NCBI GenBank assembly: GCA_038087875.1
Contig: CM075988.1
Span: forward strand, 12,402,001 to 12,466,000
Length of the DNA stretch: 64,000 bases
Direction: 5' to 3'
Origin: Malacoraja senta
Taxonomy: Eukaryota
A program made the position numbers and the translations under genes. Each line of letters opens with the position of its first letter. Within the stretch, counting starts at the first letter, position 1. The notes under the pieces were generated by a model. The model searched no databases and was not told the origin of the DNA. It saw only the letters and a program-made list of their open reading frames with translations. This document shows, one piece after another, positions 24,070 to 37,163 of this stretch.

Positions 24070-24659
24070 CTGGTCTGTTTATTGGCGTTCCGCTGCTAAC
24101 AAATGATTGAAAATGTTGTGGACATGCGGATATTATTCTGACCACAGGAAAATTGTGAGTGTGTTTAGTTTGCAAAGACCTGACAGTAGCAGAAAATATT
24201 TAAAAATCTAAATCACGAGATTAAAGTCTGTGACCTTGATCCAATGTCAACAATTTGCCGTCACGTTCTTAACCTGGATGCCATTTCTACCGTGAACAGA
24301 ATGTGTGTTGTCACAAAATGGTGGAGTGGTCACAGGGTAAAAATAACCAATGCTGAGGGGAGACGAGAGCAGTTTTTGTCTCTCATCGAGCTATTGATGG
24401 ACACCTAAGGGCATGGAGAAACAATAAATAATTATTCCAATCTTTATTGCTTGACTAAAGGATTCTGACAAAGAATTTTCAAAGTGACTTGTCAGCATCT
24501 CTCTGGATTTTATATTTTATAAATGAAACAAAATAAAACAGCAGAATAAATAATTGAAGGAAAGTATATGGGAGTGTTTATTGTCGAAAATGCTTGCATT
24601 AACAAAGACTGTGGCTTTAAAACATGCCAACCATCCTAAAAAGTCAGCAGCCATAATAT

Positions 24660-25725
24660 CATAAAACATAGGAGCAGAATTAATGTTTAAGAAGGAACTG
24701 CAGGTGCTGGAAAATCGAAGGTAGACACAAATGCTGGAGAAACTCAGCGGGTGAGGCAGCATCTATGGGGCGAAGGAAATAGGCGACGTTTCGGATCGAG
24801 ACCCTTCTTCAGAGTCAGAATTAGGTCATTCAGCGCATTGTGTCTGCTCCGCCTTTCGATCGAGGCTGATGTAATTTTTCCCTCTCAACCCCATTCTCCT
24901 GCCTTCTCCCTGTAACCTTTTACACGCTGACTAATCAAGAGCTAATTTTTCTCTGTTTTAGAAATACCCAATGACTTGGTCTCCACAGCTGTGTGTGGAA
25001 ATGAATTCCACAGATTTACCACCCTCTAATTCAAGAAAATCCTTCTCATCTCCATTCTAAAGCTCCAAGCTTTTATTCTGAGGCCTGCACTCTGGTCCTA
25101 GATTTCATCACAACCGGAAACATCCTCTTCACATCTATCTAGGCCTTTCATTATTCAATTGCTTTCAATGAGATCCTCCATCCCCGTCATCCTTCTAAAC
25201 TCCAGTGAGTACAGGCCTAAAGCCATCAAACACTCCTCACAGGTAACCCAATCATGCCCTGGATCATTCTTGTAAACCTTGTCTGGACCCCCTCCAATGC
25301 AAGCACTTCTTTCCTCAGATATGGGCCCAAAACTGTTAACAATATTACAAATGTGGCCTGGCCAGTGCCTGATACAACCTGAGCACTACATCCTTGCATT
25401 TACCGGTATATTCTTGTCCTCTCGAAATAAATACCAATACTGTATTTGCCTTCCTTACTGCAGTCTCAACCTGCAAATTAACCTTTTGGGAATCCTGCAC
25501 CAGCATTCCCAAGTCCCTTTGCACCTCCAATTTATGAATCTTCCCCCCATTTAGAAAATAATCTATGCCTTTATTCCTTCTACTAAAGTGCATAACTATA
25601 GACTGCCTGACACTGTTCCATTTGCCCACTCTCCCAATCCATCCAAGTCCTTCTGCAGACGCCCTGCCCCGCCATCTATCTTTGCATTATCCATAAACTT
25701 GGCCTCAAAGCCATCAATTCCATAA
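24660..25725 (-). mobile_element. CR1 LINE 3' fragment with a Penelope-derived insert (24682-24815) in its tail
   Basis: VQRDLGMLVQDS.KV..QV..AVRKAN..L.FISRG. Insert flanked by cagaatta at 24674 and 24816. Confidence 0.85.
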
Positions 25726-26937
25726 TCCATAATATTTTTGTATAGTATAATTTCAAAGTTTGCTGTCCTTTTCCTTATGGTTATGAATCTTCAATTCCAG
25801 ATACATTGGGGTTCAGTTCAGTAGCTCGCACCAACAAGTAACTTTTCGTCAACCTGAAAAACGATGCTTCCTATTCTCTGCTGCTTCTGAAATTTAGTTC
25901 TGTTGAGGTCAATAGGAACACATTTTAGAAGTTGAGTACAGGTTGATCTGCTATAGCAAGATAGTTGTGTTTCTAAAGAACATTATGTTATAGAAAATTG
26001 TCTTACAAAAACAATTGTGTCCATGGGGTAAAGGGCGTTACAGACCAGAAAGTCAGACTTGGAATGATGAAATTATACCCCCCCTGCAGGATTTTCAGCA
26101 ATAAAGGTCCTTTAATAACTGTAATTTTATTTTGTTACTGCAAGCTAAAAACACTAAAGGCTGAATGATATAGTGTTTAACATTGTGCAAATGTCCCTCA
26201 AAGCAATCACTTGTCAATTTCAAGTGGCCTCGCATGGTGAATGAAGCACCTGTTTTCTTCAGACACTGCGTGACGGTTACATGGAAATATTTTTTTCCCC
26301 AAGACAGCTTTTTTTTCTGCTTACCAACTTCCAAAGTAATGTTTAAGTGGTTCAGCAGTGTCCATTCAAAATCACATTATAACCAATTAGGCCTGCATAA
26401 TACAAATAATGTTTCTTCATTCAAAAATCAAATTATATCCAATTCGCATTCTGGAAATTCATGTTTTAGAGCAGAATTACCTGCACATATTTGTATTTCT
26501 ACTATATAACATGCTTAATGCTACCCAGCAATGGTGAAATTCTGTGTCCAAGTACTCTGTTGTGGTGTATAAACATGATGGTGAGATTCAAAGCATTGAA
26601 TTCCATCATCCATTGTATGCACTTTTCAGCGATGCTGGTTAAATAACAGCTGGGACTGAGACCCCAAGCTCAACCTTGTTTCTATAACAGTGCATTCATT
26701 ATTCTAGCGCTGGCTACTAATACAAAAAGGAATATTCTACAATGGCTCCCATAAAACCCAACAAGCCCACAGCTTCATTCAGTGGTCGCGCCATTTACCA
26801 AATTTAAATTGAATGGAAGGAGCCCCTTCCAATCATCTTAATTTGAGGGCATTAATATGTTTGTTTTGTTTAAATGCCTGAGTTTTGAATCGTAGAGAAT
26901 CTTCATTCACACACTGATGTAATTTGCATCAATTAGA

Positions 26938-27008
26938 ATATCCTTTTGAAATTAATACTGGTATTGTTTTTTAAAGCTAAAATCTCAGAAGAGTTAACAT
27001 TAATTTCG
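26938..27008 (+). repeat. Left copy of the 71-bp direct repeat flanking the L1
   Basis: Matches 30856-30926 with 2 mismatches. Confidence 0.95.
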
Positions 27009-27049
27009 TTGTTTTTTTTAAATTCTGAACATAATCGCAGAATCTAATT

Positions 27050-30000
27050 ATAAAAATGTTATTATAGGAGGAGACTTTAACTGTATTTAGATAAATCTAG
27101 CCAAAAACAGAGAGGTAATACGAAATCTAAAACTAGTGAACTCTTAAATACTTATATAAATAATACCAATATAACAGATGTTTGGAGAATTGCTAATCCG
27201 ACTGGCAGGGAATACTCGTTTATTCAATGGTACACAAAACATACTCACGTATAGATTATTTCCTGCTGGATACAAAATTAATCCCTCACACTGTGAACCC
27301 AATATACCATACCAACTCGATTTCAGACCATTCACCACTAACTTTCTTTTTAAAACTGGAAGGAATGTCAAAGAACAAATTGTCTTGGAGGTTCAATTCT
27401 CAAATCCTAAAAGACCCGCAAGGGAGTATATATTTAAAAAAACAAATGGACGTCTTTTTTGAAATAAATGACACTCCAGATATATCGCCTACTTTATTAT
27501 TGGAATCTTTTAAAGCATTTATTAGAGGTGTTATAATCTCATACCAAGCTTTTCAAAATAAAAAGAATAAGAATGAACAAAGACAGTTAGAAGAACAAAT
27601 TAGACAACTGGATATAGATAATGCTAAAGATCCATCTATGGATAAACATAATAAAATAATAATTCTGAAATTTAAATTAAATAAATTATTATCAGCCAAA
27701 CTTATAAGACTTTTCCAAATTACAAGACAGGAACACTTTGAATTTGGGGATAAACCACACAAACTTTTGGTTCGTCAGCTAAAAAAACGAGAAAAAGAAC
27801 ATACGATTCAAAAGATTAAATCAGATAGAGGGGAATCACTAACTTTACCGAATGATATTAATAAAAGATTTGCGCAATTTTATGAGAATTTGTATACATC
27901 TAAAACGACAATGGACACCAATAAAATTACAGAGTTCCTGGATAACTGTAATCTTCCAAAGTTAGAGTTGAAGGAACAAGAGGAATTGGGTGCACAAATT
28001 TCAATCAAGGAATTAGAAGACACAATAAGTTCATTAAAGAATGGAAAAACTCCAGGTCCTGACGGATTTACTGATGAATTTTATAAAGGTTTTTATGACA
28101 AAATTATATCATGGTTACAAAAAATGTATCAATGTGCCTTTAAAGAACAAGTATTACCTGATACATTAGCTGAATCAACGATCACATTAATACTAAAAAA
28201 AGACAAAGATATAGAAGAACCGGGTTCATATAGAGCTATAGGATTGTTAAATAAAGATAAAAAAATATTAGCGAAAACATTAGCTAGAAGATTAAGTAAA
28301 TATATTAGTAAATTAATAAACCCAGATCAGACGGGGTTTATCCCTAAGAGATATTCATCTAATAATATAATAATTATACATTTTATTTATATAGCGCTTT
28401 TCAAGGACTCAAAGTCACTTATGAGATGACTACTCAATATAATGCACTCACACAAAATCGAAGAACAAGAATTATCAATTATTTCGTTGGACGCTGAAAA
28501 AGCATTTGATCAAGTAGAATGGAATTATATGGATAAAGTATTACAAAAATTCCAATTGGGAGAGAATTTTATTTTATGGATTAAATTATTATATAATAAG
28601 CCTACAGCTAGAATATTAACTGATAACATATTATCTTCGAAATTCCAACTATCAAGGGTTAACAGACAAGGATGCTCATTATCACCGCAGTTATTTGCTC
28701 TTATAATTGAACCTTTGGCGGAAAAAATTAGAACACATCCAGATATCCACGGCTATAACACTAAATATTCAAATAATAAAATATCTTTAAACGCGGATGA
28801 TATATTATTGTACATCACAAAACCTCAAATTACTATACCAAACATACTAAATCTAATCGAGGACTTTGGATCCTTTTCTGGATACAGAATAAATTGGAAT
28901 AAAAGTGAAATTATGTCAATAAAACCGAAAGACCCAACACATCTCTTAAAATTCCCTTTTAAAATAGCTACAGAAAAATTTAAATACTTGGGTATTGAAA
29001 TTACCAGAACATATCAAGGCATGTTCAAAGCAAATTATAATCCTCTACTTAATAAATTAAATACTTTAATTAAATTTTGGAAAGTGCTTCCGATGTCTTT
29101 AATAGGCCGAATAAATGCAATTAAAATGATCTTTTTACCACAAATTTTATACCTATTTCAATCAATTCCTATATATCTACCAAAGAAGTTAAAACAAAAA
29201 TTGGATTCAGTCATTACTAATTTTATATGGGATTATAAATCCCATAGAATACAAAGAACACATTTGAACAAAGCTAAAGTATTAGGGGGCTTAGCACTCC
29301 CTAACTTTATGTATTATTATTGGTCAGTAAATATTAAAAATATGATTCAACTGATGGACAACTCTGCCCAGCAGGTGGACTGGATTGTAATGGAGAGAGA
29401 AGACTGCTCCTCTTGTAATATTGGAGCGATCCTCCTCTCACCAATGAAACTGAATAACATAAATTATAACAAAAAAACAATTATACATAGTACAATTAGA
29501 ACTTGGAAACAAATAAAACAAAATTTAAAATTAAGAAATCTATCGCTTTTATCCCCAATAGTTAATAACCCTTCGTTTAATCCCTCTATTACAGACAAAT
29601 CATTTATACAATGGGATAGACTAGGAATTAAAACGTTCGGAGACTTGTATGAAACTGGAAAATTACTATCATTCCAACAATTACAAATAAAATATAAGCT
29701 GGGAAATAATCAATTCTTTAAATATTTTCAAATATGTGATTATCTGAAAAAATATACAAAAGATCATTATAACATCCCACCAGATGTACTGGACGAAGCA
29801 ATGCAGATAAAAGCTGAATCAGCAAACTTAATATTGTATTTGTATAATATTATCTTAAATGTAGAAATACCAACTACGGAGGGTATTAGAAGAGACTGGG
29901 AACAAGAATTAGATATTAAAATTTCAAAGGAAAGGTGGAATGAACATTTATTAAATGTGCATAAATGCTCGATTAATGTAAGACACACTTTAATACAATT

Positions 30001-30459
30001 CAAAATTTTACACAGATTATATTATTCAAAAACTAAAATTAATAAAATTTCCCCAATGTATCATCTATTTGCGATAAATGTCAATCTCAAAAAGCTACTA
30101 TAGCGCACTCATTTGTTTTTTGTTCAAAAATTCAAAAATTTTGGATTTAAATTTTTGAAATCTTTACAAAATTATTTAATATAAATCTGACACCAAAAGC
30201 AGAATGGATTATCTTCGGAACAACGGAAGATAGCCCTGAACTAAATGTGTTTCAAAAGAAATTAGTTGATTACGGATTAATAACTGGAAAAAAGCTTATC
30301 ATAAAATTCTGGAAAAACACTCCAATACCAACTATAAACATGTGGATTTCAAATATGTTTGAAACATTACACCTAGAAGAGATAAGACTCCTCCCGGCAG
30401 GCAAATCAGATCACTTCCATCTGACGTGGTCTGCATTTATAGAACTATTACAAGCATAA
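27050..30459 (+). pseudogene. L1 ORF2 (endonuclease-reverse transcriptase), disrupted
   Basis: ORFs 27227-28429 and 28442-30103 share one frame separated by a single TGA (MR*LLN). YADD reads NADD. Frameshifts near 27100-27230 and 30050; C-terminal piece at 30247-30459. Confidence 0.92.
28367..28420 (-). mobile_element. 54-nt L2-type 3' tail inserted in L1 ORF2
   Basis: Reverse complement aagtgactttgagtccttgaaaagcgctatataaataaaatgtataattattat. Removing it restores RYSSNN-MR(R)LLNIMHS. Confidence 0.7.
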
Positions 30460-30855
30460 GGTGCAAAAGTACTTTAAAAAGTACCGATGTCAGGTAAAGG
30501 GGGATGAAAGGTGGCGAGTTGGTATATCCCATTTGCGCGATGCTCATAATAAAGTACTTGTTTTTCTCTTTTCTCTTCTTTCTCTTTTTTTCTTCTTTAG
30601 GGTCTATCTCTTAATCTTTTCTCTTTAATTTCTTTTCTACAGGGTCTCTGTTCTTTCCTGTTAACACGTTTTTACACCTTCACTATTTTCCTTCACTTTC
30701 TCTTTTCTCTTAATTTCAACCTTTTCTCTTTATTAGTTTTAAAAAATGATGGAGTACATTAATTGTAATAAGATATACGTGATGAGTACTAATGTAATTG
30801 GTTGTAATTTAATGTACTTCTTATAAATAAAATAAAAAAATAAAAAAATAAAAAT

Positions 30856-30926
30856 ATATTCTTTTGAAATAAATACTGGTATTGTTTTTTAAAGCTAAAA
30901 TCTCAGAAGAGTTAACATTAATTTCG
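30856..30926 (+). repeat. Right copy of the 71-bp direct repeat flanking the L1
   Basis: Directly follows the poly(A)-like tail. Confidence 0.95.
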
Positions 30927-31460
30927 AGAGGATTAGAATATAAAATCAGGGATGGAATGTTGAGGCTTTATAAGGCACTGGTCAGACTTAATTTAAAATG
31001 TGGTGGTGTTGGAAAGGGTCTAGATGAGGTTTACGAGAATGATTCTGGGGATGACTGGGTTAACATGTGAGGTGCGTTTGACGGCTCTGGGCCTGTACCC
31101 GCTGGAGTTTAGAAGGATGAGGAGGGACCTCATTAACACTTAACGAATAGTGAAAGGCCTGGATAGAGTGGATGTGGGGAATATGTTTCTACCGGTGGGA
31201 GGTTCTAGGACCAGATGGCACAAACTCAGAATAAAAGGACATGCCTTTAGAAAGGAGATGAAGAGGAATGTCTTTCGTCAGAGGATGATGAATCTGTGGA
31301 AGCCAAGTCATTGAGTATTATTAAAGCGGTGATTGACGGGTGTCAAAGGTTATGGGGAGAAGGCTGGAGAATGTTGGAAGGGAAAGATAGATCAGCCATG
31401 ATTGATTGGTGGAGTAGACTCGATGGGCCGAATGGCCTAATTCTGCTCTTATGACTAACT
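30912..31460 (+). mobile_element. CR1 LINE 3' fragment
   Basis: ISRGLEYK..D.MLRLYKALVR, then 3' UTR atgggccgaatggcctaattctgctc. Confidence 0.85.
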
Positions 31461-32015
31461 TTCATAGAGCATGCTGCCTTGAACCTGACCAACGTGAAGG
31501 GACCGAAACAACAGACATTAGTTCTTTAACAATGTAACAAGGTCTCTGGAAAAGAACACAAAGTTCTGGAGTAACTCAGAAAGGATGTATCTGGGAACAC
31601 CTAAGGCGACTCAAAACACCATTTTTTTTCCTTTTAAATCAAGCATCTGAATTCACTTATTTTAAGTTCAACCTAGTCATTGCATCAATCGAATAAATAT
31701 CCCGTGTTCCATTTTAGCCCGCTATCAAGCCCAAAGGAATAACAATCATTTTAATGTAATTCCCATTGCTTCAGAATCTCTGTCTGACTCTTCTGGGCAT
31801 GAGTCATCTTTCTGACCTTGATGAAATGTCCACGTCAGTCATGGACAAAATGTTGGTGATCTGAAGGTGGAACTTAGCTGAAGTCACCCGAGTCAGCACC
31901 AACAGGATTCAGTACTAATTCACATCTGCAAATCACACCAGCTCAGTTTGGAAGTATATCCATTGTGTTAAACACATTGCTCTATGTTCAGCTGAACCTG
32001 AGTCATGTTTTCCTA

Positions 32016-32211
32016 GAAAAGGAGAGAGAGTGCTGAAGTAACTCAGCTGATCAGGCAGTCACTCTGCAGAACATGGACAGGCGACGTTTTAGGTCGATCT
32101 TTCCAAAAATGTTGCCTGTCCATGTTCTCCTGAGATGCTGTCTGACCCTTTGAGTTATTCCAGCGCTTTGTGTCTTTTTTTGTAAACCAGCATCAGCAGT
32201 TCCATGTGTCT
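32016..32211. mobile_element. Penelope-derived fold-back element
   Basis: Inverted arms; TSD tcatgttttccta at 32003-32015 and 32212-32224. Confidence 0.8.
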
Positions 32212-33032
32212 TCATGTTTTCCTAATTTTTTTGTGTCTGATTGTAAAGTTAAGATTTAATTTGTTAATTTTTGCTCACAATTAGCATAGCCTTTAGCCTA
32301 GATGTTAAACTTAATTTTTCAAAAATATGCACCCAAACTCTGAATTATTCATGTGTTGCCTCTGCTGCAATGCTTTCATCTCTACAATGTGAAGGAGAAA
32401 GAGTTATTCTTTCTTTCATATCTCTGGTTCTCCAAGATAAAAAAGAAATGTGGCTTTGCCTGCTAATTCGCTTGATTGTTCTTGCAGATTGCCAAGTCTG
32501 AGAAAGTATAAGGGTCTCTTCATTAACCCAATTTAAGTAAGTTTAATGGAGGTTCAACAGACTGCAGATGCTGTAAAAAAAGAAAGTGCAGCTAGATGAA
32601 CTCATTGGGTTAGGCAGCGTCTGTGGGGACGTAGGAATGGTCAAACTTTCGGGTAGAGACCCTGTGTCTGGATAGGCTGCATTAATTGGTTGAATGTTGA
32701 CTTATTCAAAGGGTAAGTTGATGTAAAGATACATGTGACCATTTCTAAATAGAATATATTTTGTTTGCTGTATTAATTATAATGCTTTTAATTATGCGAT
32801 AATGTTTCGGTGTGTTCAGGCACCGTTGAACTAAATATTCAGATCAATATTTAGATCACGGGCTCGGCTTTGAGCATGCCTCATTGTCATGGATGCATTA
32901 CCAAAGAGCCCAAGCCTTTCCAAAATGAACAGCTTTTTGTGTAGAAAAAAATAGCAGAGAACGCCTGCTGGAAATAGCCTGATATTTTTCAGAATGATGG
33001 ATGTGGAGAGGCCAGCTGCGGCAGGCAGCATG

Positions 33033-33995
33033 ATAGAAACATCGAAACATAGAAAAATAGGTGCAGGAGTATCCCATTCAGCCCTTGGAGCCAGCACTGT
33101 TATTCAATATGATCATGGCTGATCATCTAAAATCAGTACCCCGTTCCCGCTTTTCCTCCCATATTCCTTGATTCCTTTGGCCCTGAGAGCTAAATCTAAC
33201 TCTCTCTTGAAAACATCCAGTGAATTGGCCTCCACTGCCTTCTGTGGCAAAGAATTTCACAGATTCACAACGCTGGGTGAAAAAGTTTTTCCTCATCTCA
33301 GTCCTAAATGGCCTACCCCTTATTCTTAAACTGTGACCCCTGGTTCTGGACTCCCCCAACATCAGGAACCATTTTCCTGCATCTAGCCTGTCCAATCCTT
33401 TAAGAATTTTATATGTTTCAAAATATCCCTTCTCATCCCTCTAAATTCCAGTGAATACAAGCCCAGTCGACTCATTCTTTCATCATATGTCAGTCCCGCC
33501 ATCCCGGGAATTAACCTGGTGAACCTACGCTGCACACCCTAAATAGCAAGAATGTCCTTCCTCAAATTAGGAGACCAAAATTGCATACAATGCTCCAGGT
33601 GCGGTCTTACCAGGGTCCTGTACAACTGCAGTAGGACCTCCTTGCTCTGAAACTCAAATCCTCCCGTAATGAAGGCCAATATGCCATTAACTTTCTTCAC
33701 TGCCTGCTGTATCTGCATGTTTACTTTCAGTGACTGATGTACAAGCACACCAAGGTCTCATTGCACCTCCCATTCTCCTAATCTGACACCATTCAGATAA
33801 TAATCTGATTTCCTGTTCTTACCACCAAAGTGGTTAACCTTACATTTAACCACAGAATACTGCATCTGCCATGCATCTGCCCACTCACCCAACCTATTCA
33901 AGTCATCCTGCAGCCTTATAGCATCATCCTCGCAGCTCACACTGCCACCCAGCTTTGTGTCATCTGCAAACTTGGAGATGTTTCATTTAATTCCC
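33033..33995 (-). mobile_element. CR1 LINE 3' fragment including the RT FADD motif
   Basis: Reverse complement ISKFADDTKLGGSVSCEDDA...RPHLEHC.QFWSP; (tttctatg)-type tail; same subfamily as 51430-52333. Confidence 0.92.
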
Positions 33996-34914
33996 ACGGT
34001 GAGTGGGGCAATTTTTTATAAGATTAATGCAGCTTTTGTATATCTACCTCCCCATCATTTCCAGTCTTCAGGTTCAAATGCCTGTGTTGGGACTGATCTG
34101 GAAATTGCAATAGCATTGTTGGGAATCACAGTGGACAGTAGTTTTAATGCCTTCTCAGATGGTTGGAAAACCTTTCACTACACCGTTATTGTTGAGTTTC
34201 ACTCTCAAAATGATCCATTTTAAATTGTCAAACGCCAAAACAACAGCAGTATTGATCGAATTTCTAAGAATATATTTCCTGAAATTTCTACACGACCTGG
34301 CTCAGAATATCATGGAGTGTGGGGGAGAAATAGCATTTCAATTCTTTATTGAACTATTAGAGTATGCACAGTATACTCGTAAAGCAGTTTAATTAATTTT
34401 AATTTATTTCAAAGAGAAATATCTCTTCTCTGATGTTCAAAAGGAGACTCCACTGCTCTCAACAACACTCATTGCATTGAACTGATTAACATTGAATGTC
34501 AACTGTTACATTATGAAAACTATGATAAATATGCTGCTTTGTTATCCCAGCTAACATTTATAAAGCAGAGTATTACTAATATAAATCAACATTATTTTAA
34601 ATTGATGCGCATTGTCTGCTGAAAAACAATCTATTGATAATTAATACTTGAAATATCATGTTGACCTTTCACCCTGTATTGTCCCCTCTATGGGAGCTAA
34701 CAGTTGTGATTGACTGATTGCTGGTTGATGGAACAGTTTAATGACAAAGTGAAAGTCATTCAGTTCCCTGTGCTATCTGCTGCACGTACAGATGGCTAGG
34801 AGCCATGAGATGGGGTGGATGGAGGGGAGGTTGGGGTGGGGGCAAGAAGGCTCAGACAAAGGATCCTGCCTCATGTCTGGATGAGGATCAGATAGATATA
34901 TGATCGAGTATCAA

Positions 34915-35028
34915 TGGTCTTGACTGGAAACGTCACCCATTCCAGAGATGCTGCCTGTCCTGCTGAATTACTCCAGCATTTTGTGTCTACCTTCGATTTA
35001 AACCAGCATCTGCAGTTCTTTCCTACAT
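34915..35028 (+). mobile_element. Penelope-derived hammerhead element fragment
   Basis: ggaaacgtcacccattccagagatgctgcc...aaaccagcatctgcagttctttcctaca. Confidence 0.75.
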
Positions 35029-36789
35029 ATCACGATCTATGGTTGGGGTTCTGACTCTTGGTGATGAGGACTGGGTGCAAATTGTGGAATCTTAAGAGGG
35101 GAAATCAAGACGCCAGCATTTGGGGCTCGGAGATTCAGGATGTTATGGTGTTGGGAGAATTGGAAGAATTCAGGACTATGAGACATTGGAGATCATTAAG
35201 GGGGCTATTGTCTGGCTCTCAGAAGATAGCGAGGGAGCTTGGGATTGTGAGGTGGTTGATACCTGACCATTTACATGGTTACAGGACCCAAAAGATTAAA
35301 GTAAAGGGACTTAATTTAAACTTAGTCCCAATCCAGTGATAGTAAAGTCCTTTTGCCCATGGAGTGCCCAATAATGGTCATTTGTTGGTCTAATGTCCAT
35401 TGCATTGCCACACTATTGCATGCAGAATGTTGTTCTTCATAAGTGGCTGATGCAGAAATCAGGATGATTCACCTTGAGAGCTGCCCAGACAGTCAAGTTT
35501 CCAGACCAGCATAAAGCAGACTGGATGTGATTCTATTATTTGTCATCCCAGGCAAAATCCATTTTCAGTTGCATAATACTGCAAAATCAAATGTTAAGCA
35601 ATTGAATTTAGTCTGCCTAATAAACTTATGGCCATGATGTAAACAAATGTGTAGCAGTAAATCGGAATCTGCATCCTCCTCAAAAATATTTTTGCACGAG
35701 ATAGAGAAATATAGCTGCTGTTGCACAGAGATGAGTCCAATTAAAGGAACCAATGCTGATGCAGTCCATAGAATAAGCATGCAACTGAATAATTAGCAGA
35801 TCATCTATGGGGAGAGACAATTAGGGATGAAGTGTCAGAAGATGTGGGCTTCATTTCTCCAGAGACTGAAATAAAAAAATGCAGGGACAGTGCGTAAAAT
35901 GTGTGGAACATTAGTGATATTTTGAAGGAACAAAAGGGATGTTTGAGGATATCTCTGCTTGTATTAGAAATTGAAGCTTGATTGCATAATACCACTATTG
36001 CCCCTTAAAAATTCATTGGTGCTTTAAAGCATAGTTTCAAAGAGAGTGCATTGGTACCAATAAGTTTAAACACCCTTCATGGACTGAGCATTTAATAGAA
36101 AGGCATTTCTCTTCAACTATTTATGTTGGAATTTCTTAAATGAAGGAGGAATCAGTTGTGCTGTTATTTTTTTCCATTTTTGGACACGACATTAATTCCG
36201 TAGCTACACAAAATTAGACCTGCCTAGACAAGGAGTAAAACACCTTGTGGTTTTTTTTATATCGGTGAGCCTTCTAGCAAGCTGCAGAGCTCTGATAGCA
36301 AATTTTGAATAAAAGCTGAAGGACCAAATTTCATTTGCCCCTGCACGTAGGTGAATGAGCAATATCATTGAGCAGGAATAATGATCTGAATTGTGTTATT
36401 GAGATTATTAAACACTCTATTCAGTTCTTAAGTGGCAACAATTATAGTTCAAGGTACTACTTGCAACTACAAAATAAGGGTCAGAGCATATGGTGGCTCA
36501 GTGTTTCTCTGGAGATAAAGGAATACCTGTCAGAATGATATTTCTTTATTGCATTTTCCTTACTGGTGGATCCAGACCTTAAGCACTCTGGTTAATGACC
36601 TCTTTCCTCCTTCATTTCATTGATAAACCAAAAGAAGGTGATCTTTATACATGGAGGGGGTATTTATCATCTCTGTCTTTCGTCACTATGTGTAACTTAG
36701 AACATAGAACAGAGCACCTTAGTGTCAGGCCATACGGCTCACAATGTCTGTGCTGAACATAATGCTAAGACCAACTCTTATCTGTAGAA

Positions 36790-37163
36790 TTAAGGAACTA
36801 CAGACACAGTGCTGGAGGAACTCATTGGGTCAGGCAAGATATCTGGAGAACATGGGTAGGTGACATTGCAGTTTGGAATCCTTCTTCAGAATGATAGTGT
36901 TGGAGGGCAGGGGTGAGGGTAGAGGGAAGAAAGCTAGAAGAGTGGTCAAAGCCTGGCAAATCCAGCAGATTTCATCACAATTAATCAACTTGGTTCCAAT
37001 TGCTTCACTTCCAATTGATTCCATGACGGAATCAGTCTGAAGAAGGGTCCTGAAGTCACCTCTCCATGTTCTCCAGCAATGCTGCCTGACCTGCTTAGTT
37101 ACTCCAGCACTTTGTGTCCTTTTGTGCATTCACCATTATCTGCAGTTCTTTGTTTCAACTACA
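36790..37163. mobile_element. Penelope-derived fold-back element with spacer
   Basis: Minus arm ends ccttcttcaga (36890); plus arm begins agtctgaagaaggg (37034). Confidence 0.7.

Larger units (their letters stand above)
27009..30855 (+). mobile_element. L1-clade LINE, 5'-truncated within the APE endonuclease
   Basis: IIGGDFNC, YSRIDYFL, SDHSP (EN); PGPDGF, SLDAEKAFDQVEW, RQGCSLSP, LNADD (RT); C-terminal CDKC...HSFVFC knuckle; T-rich 3' UTR; A-rich tail at about 30825-30855. Confidence 0.95.
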
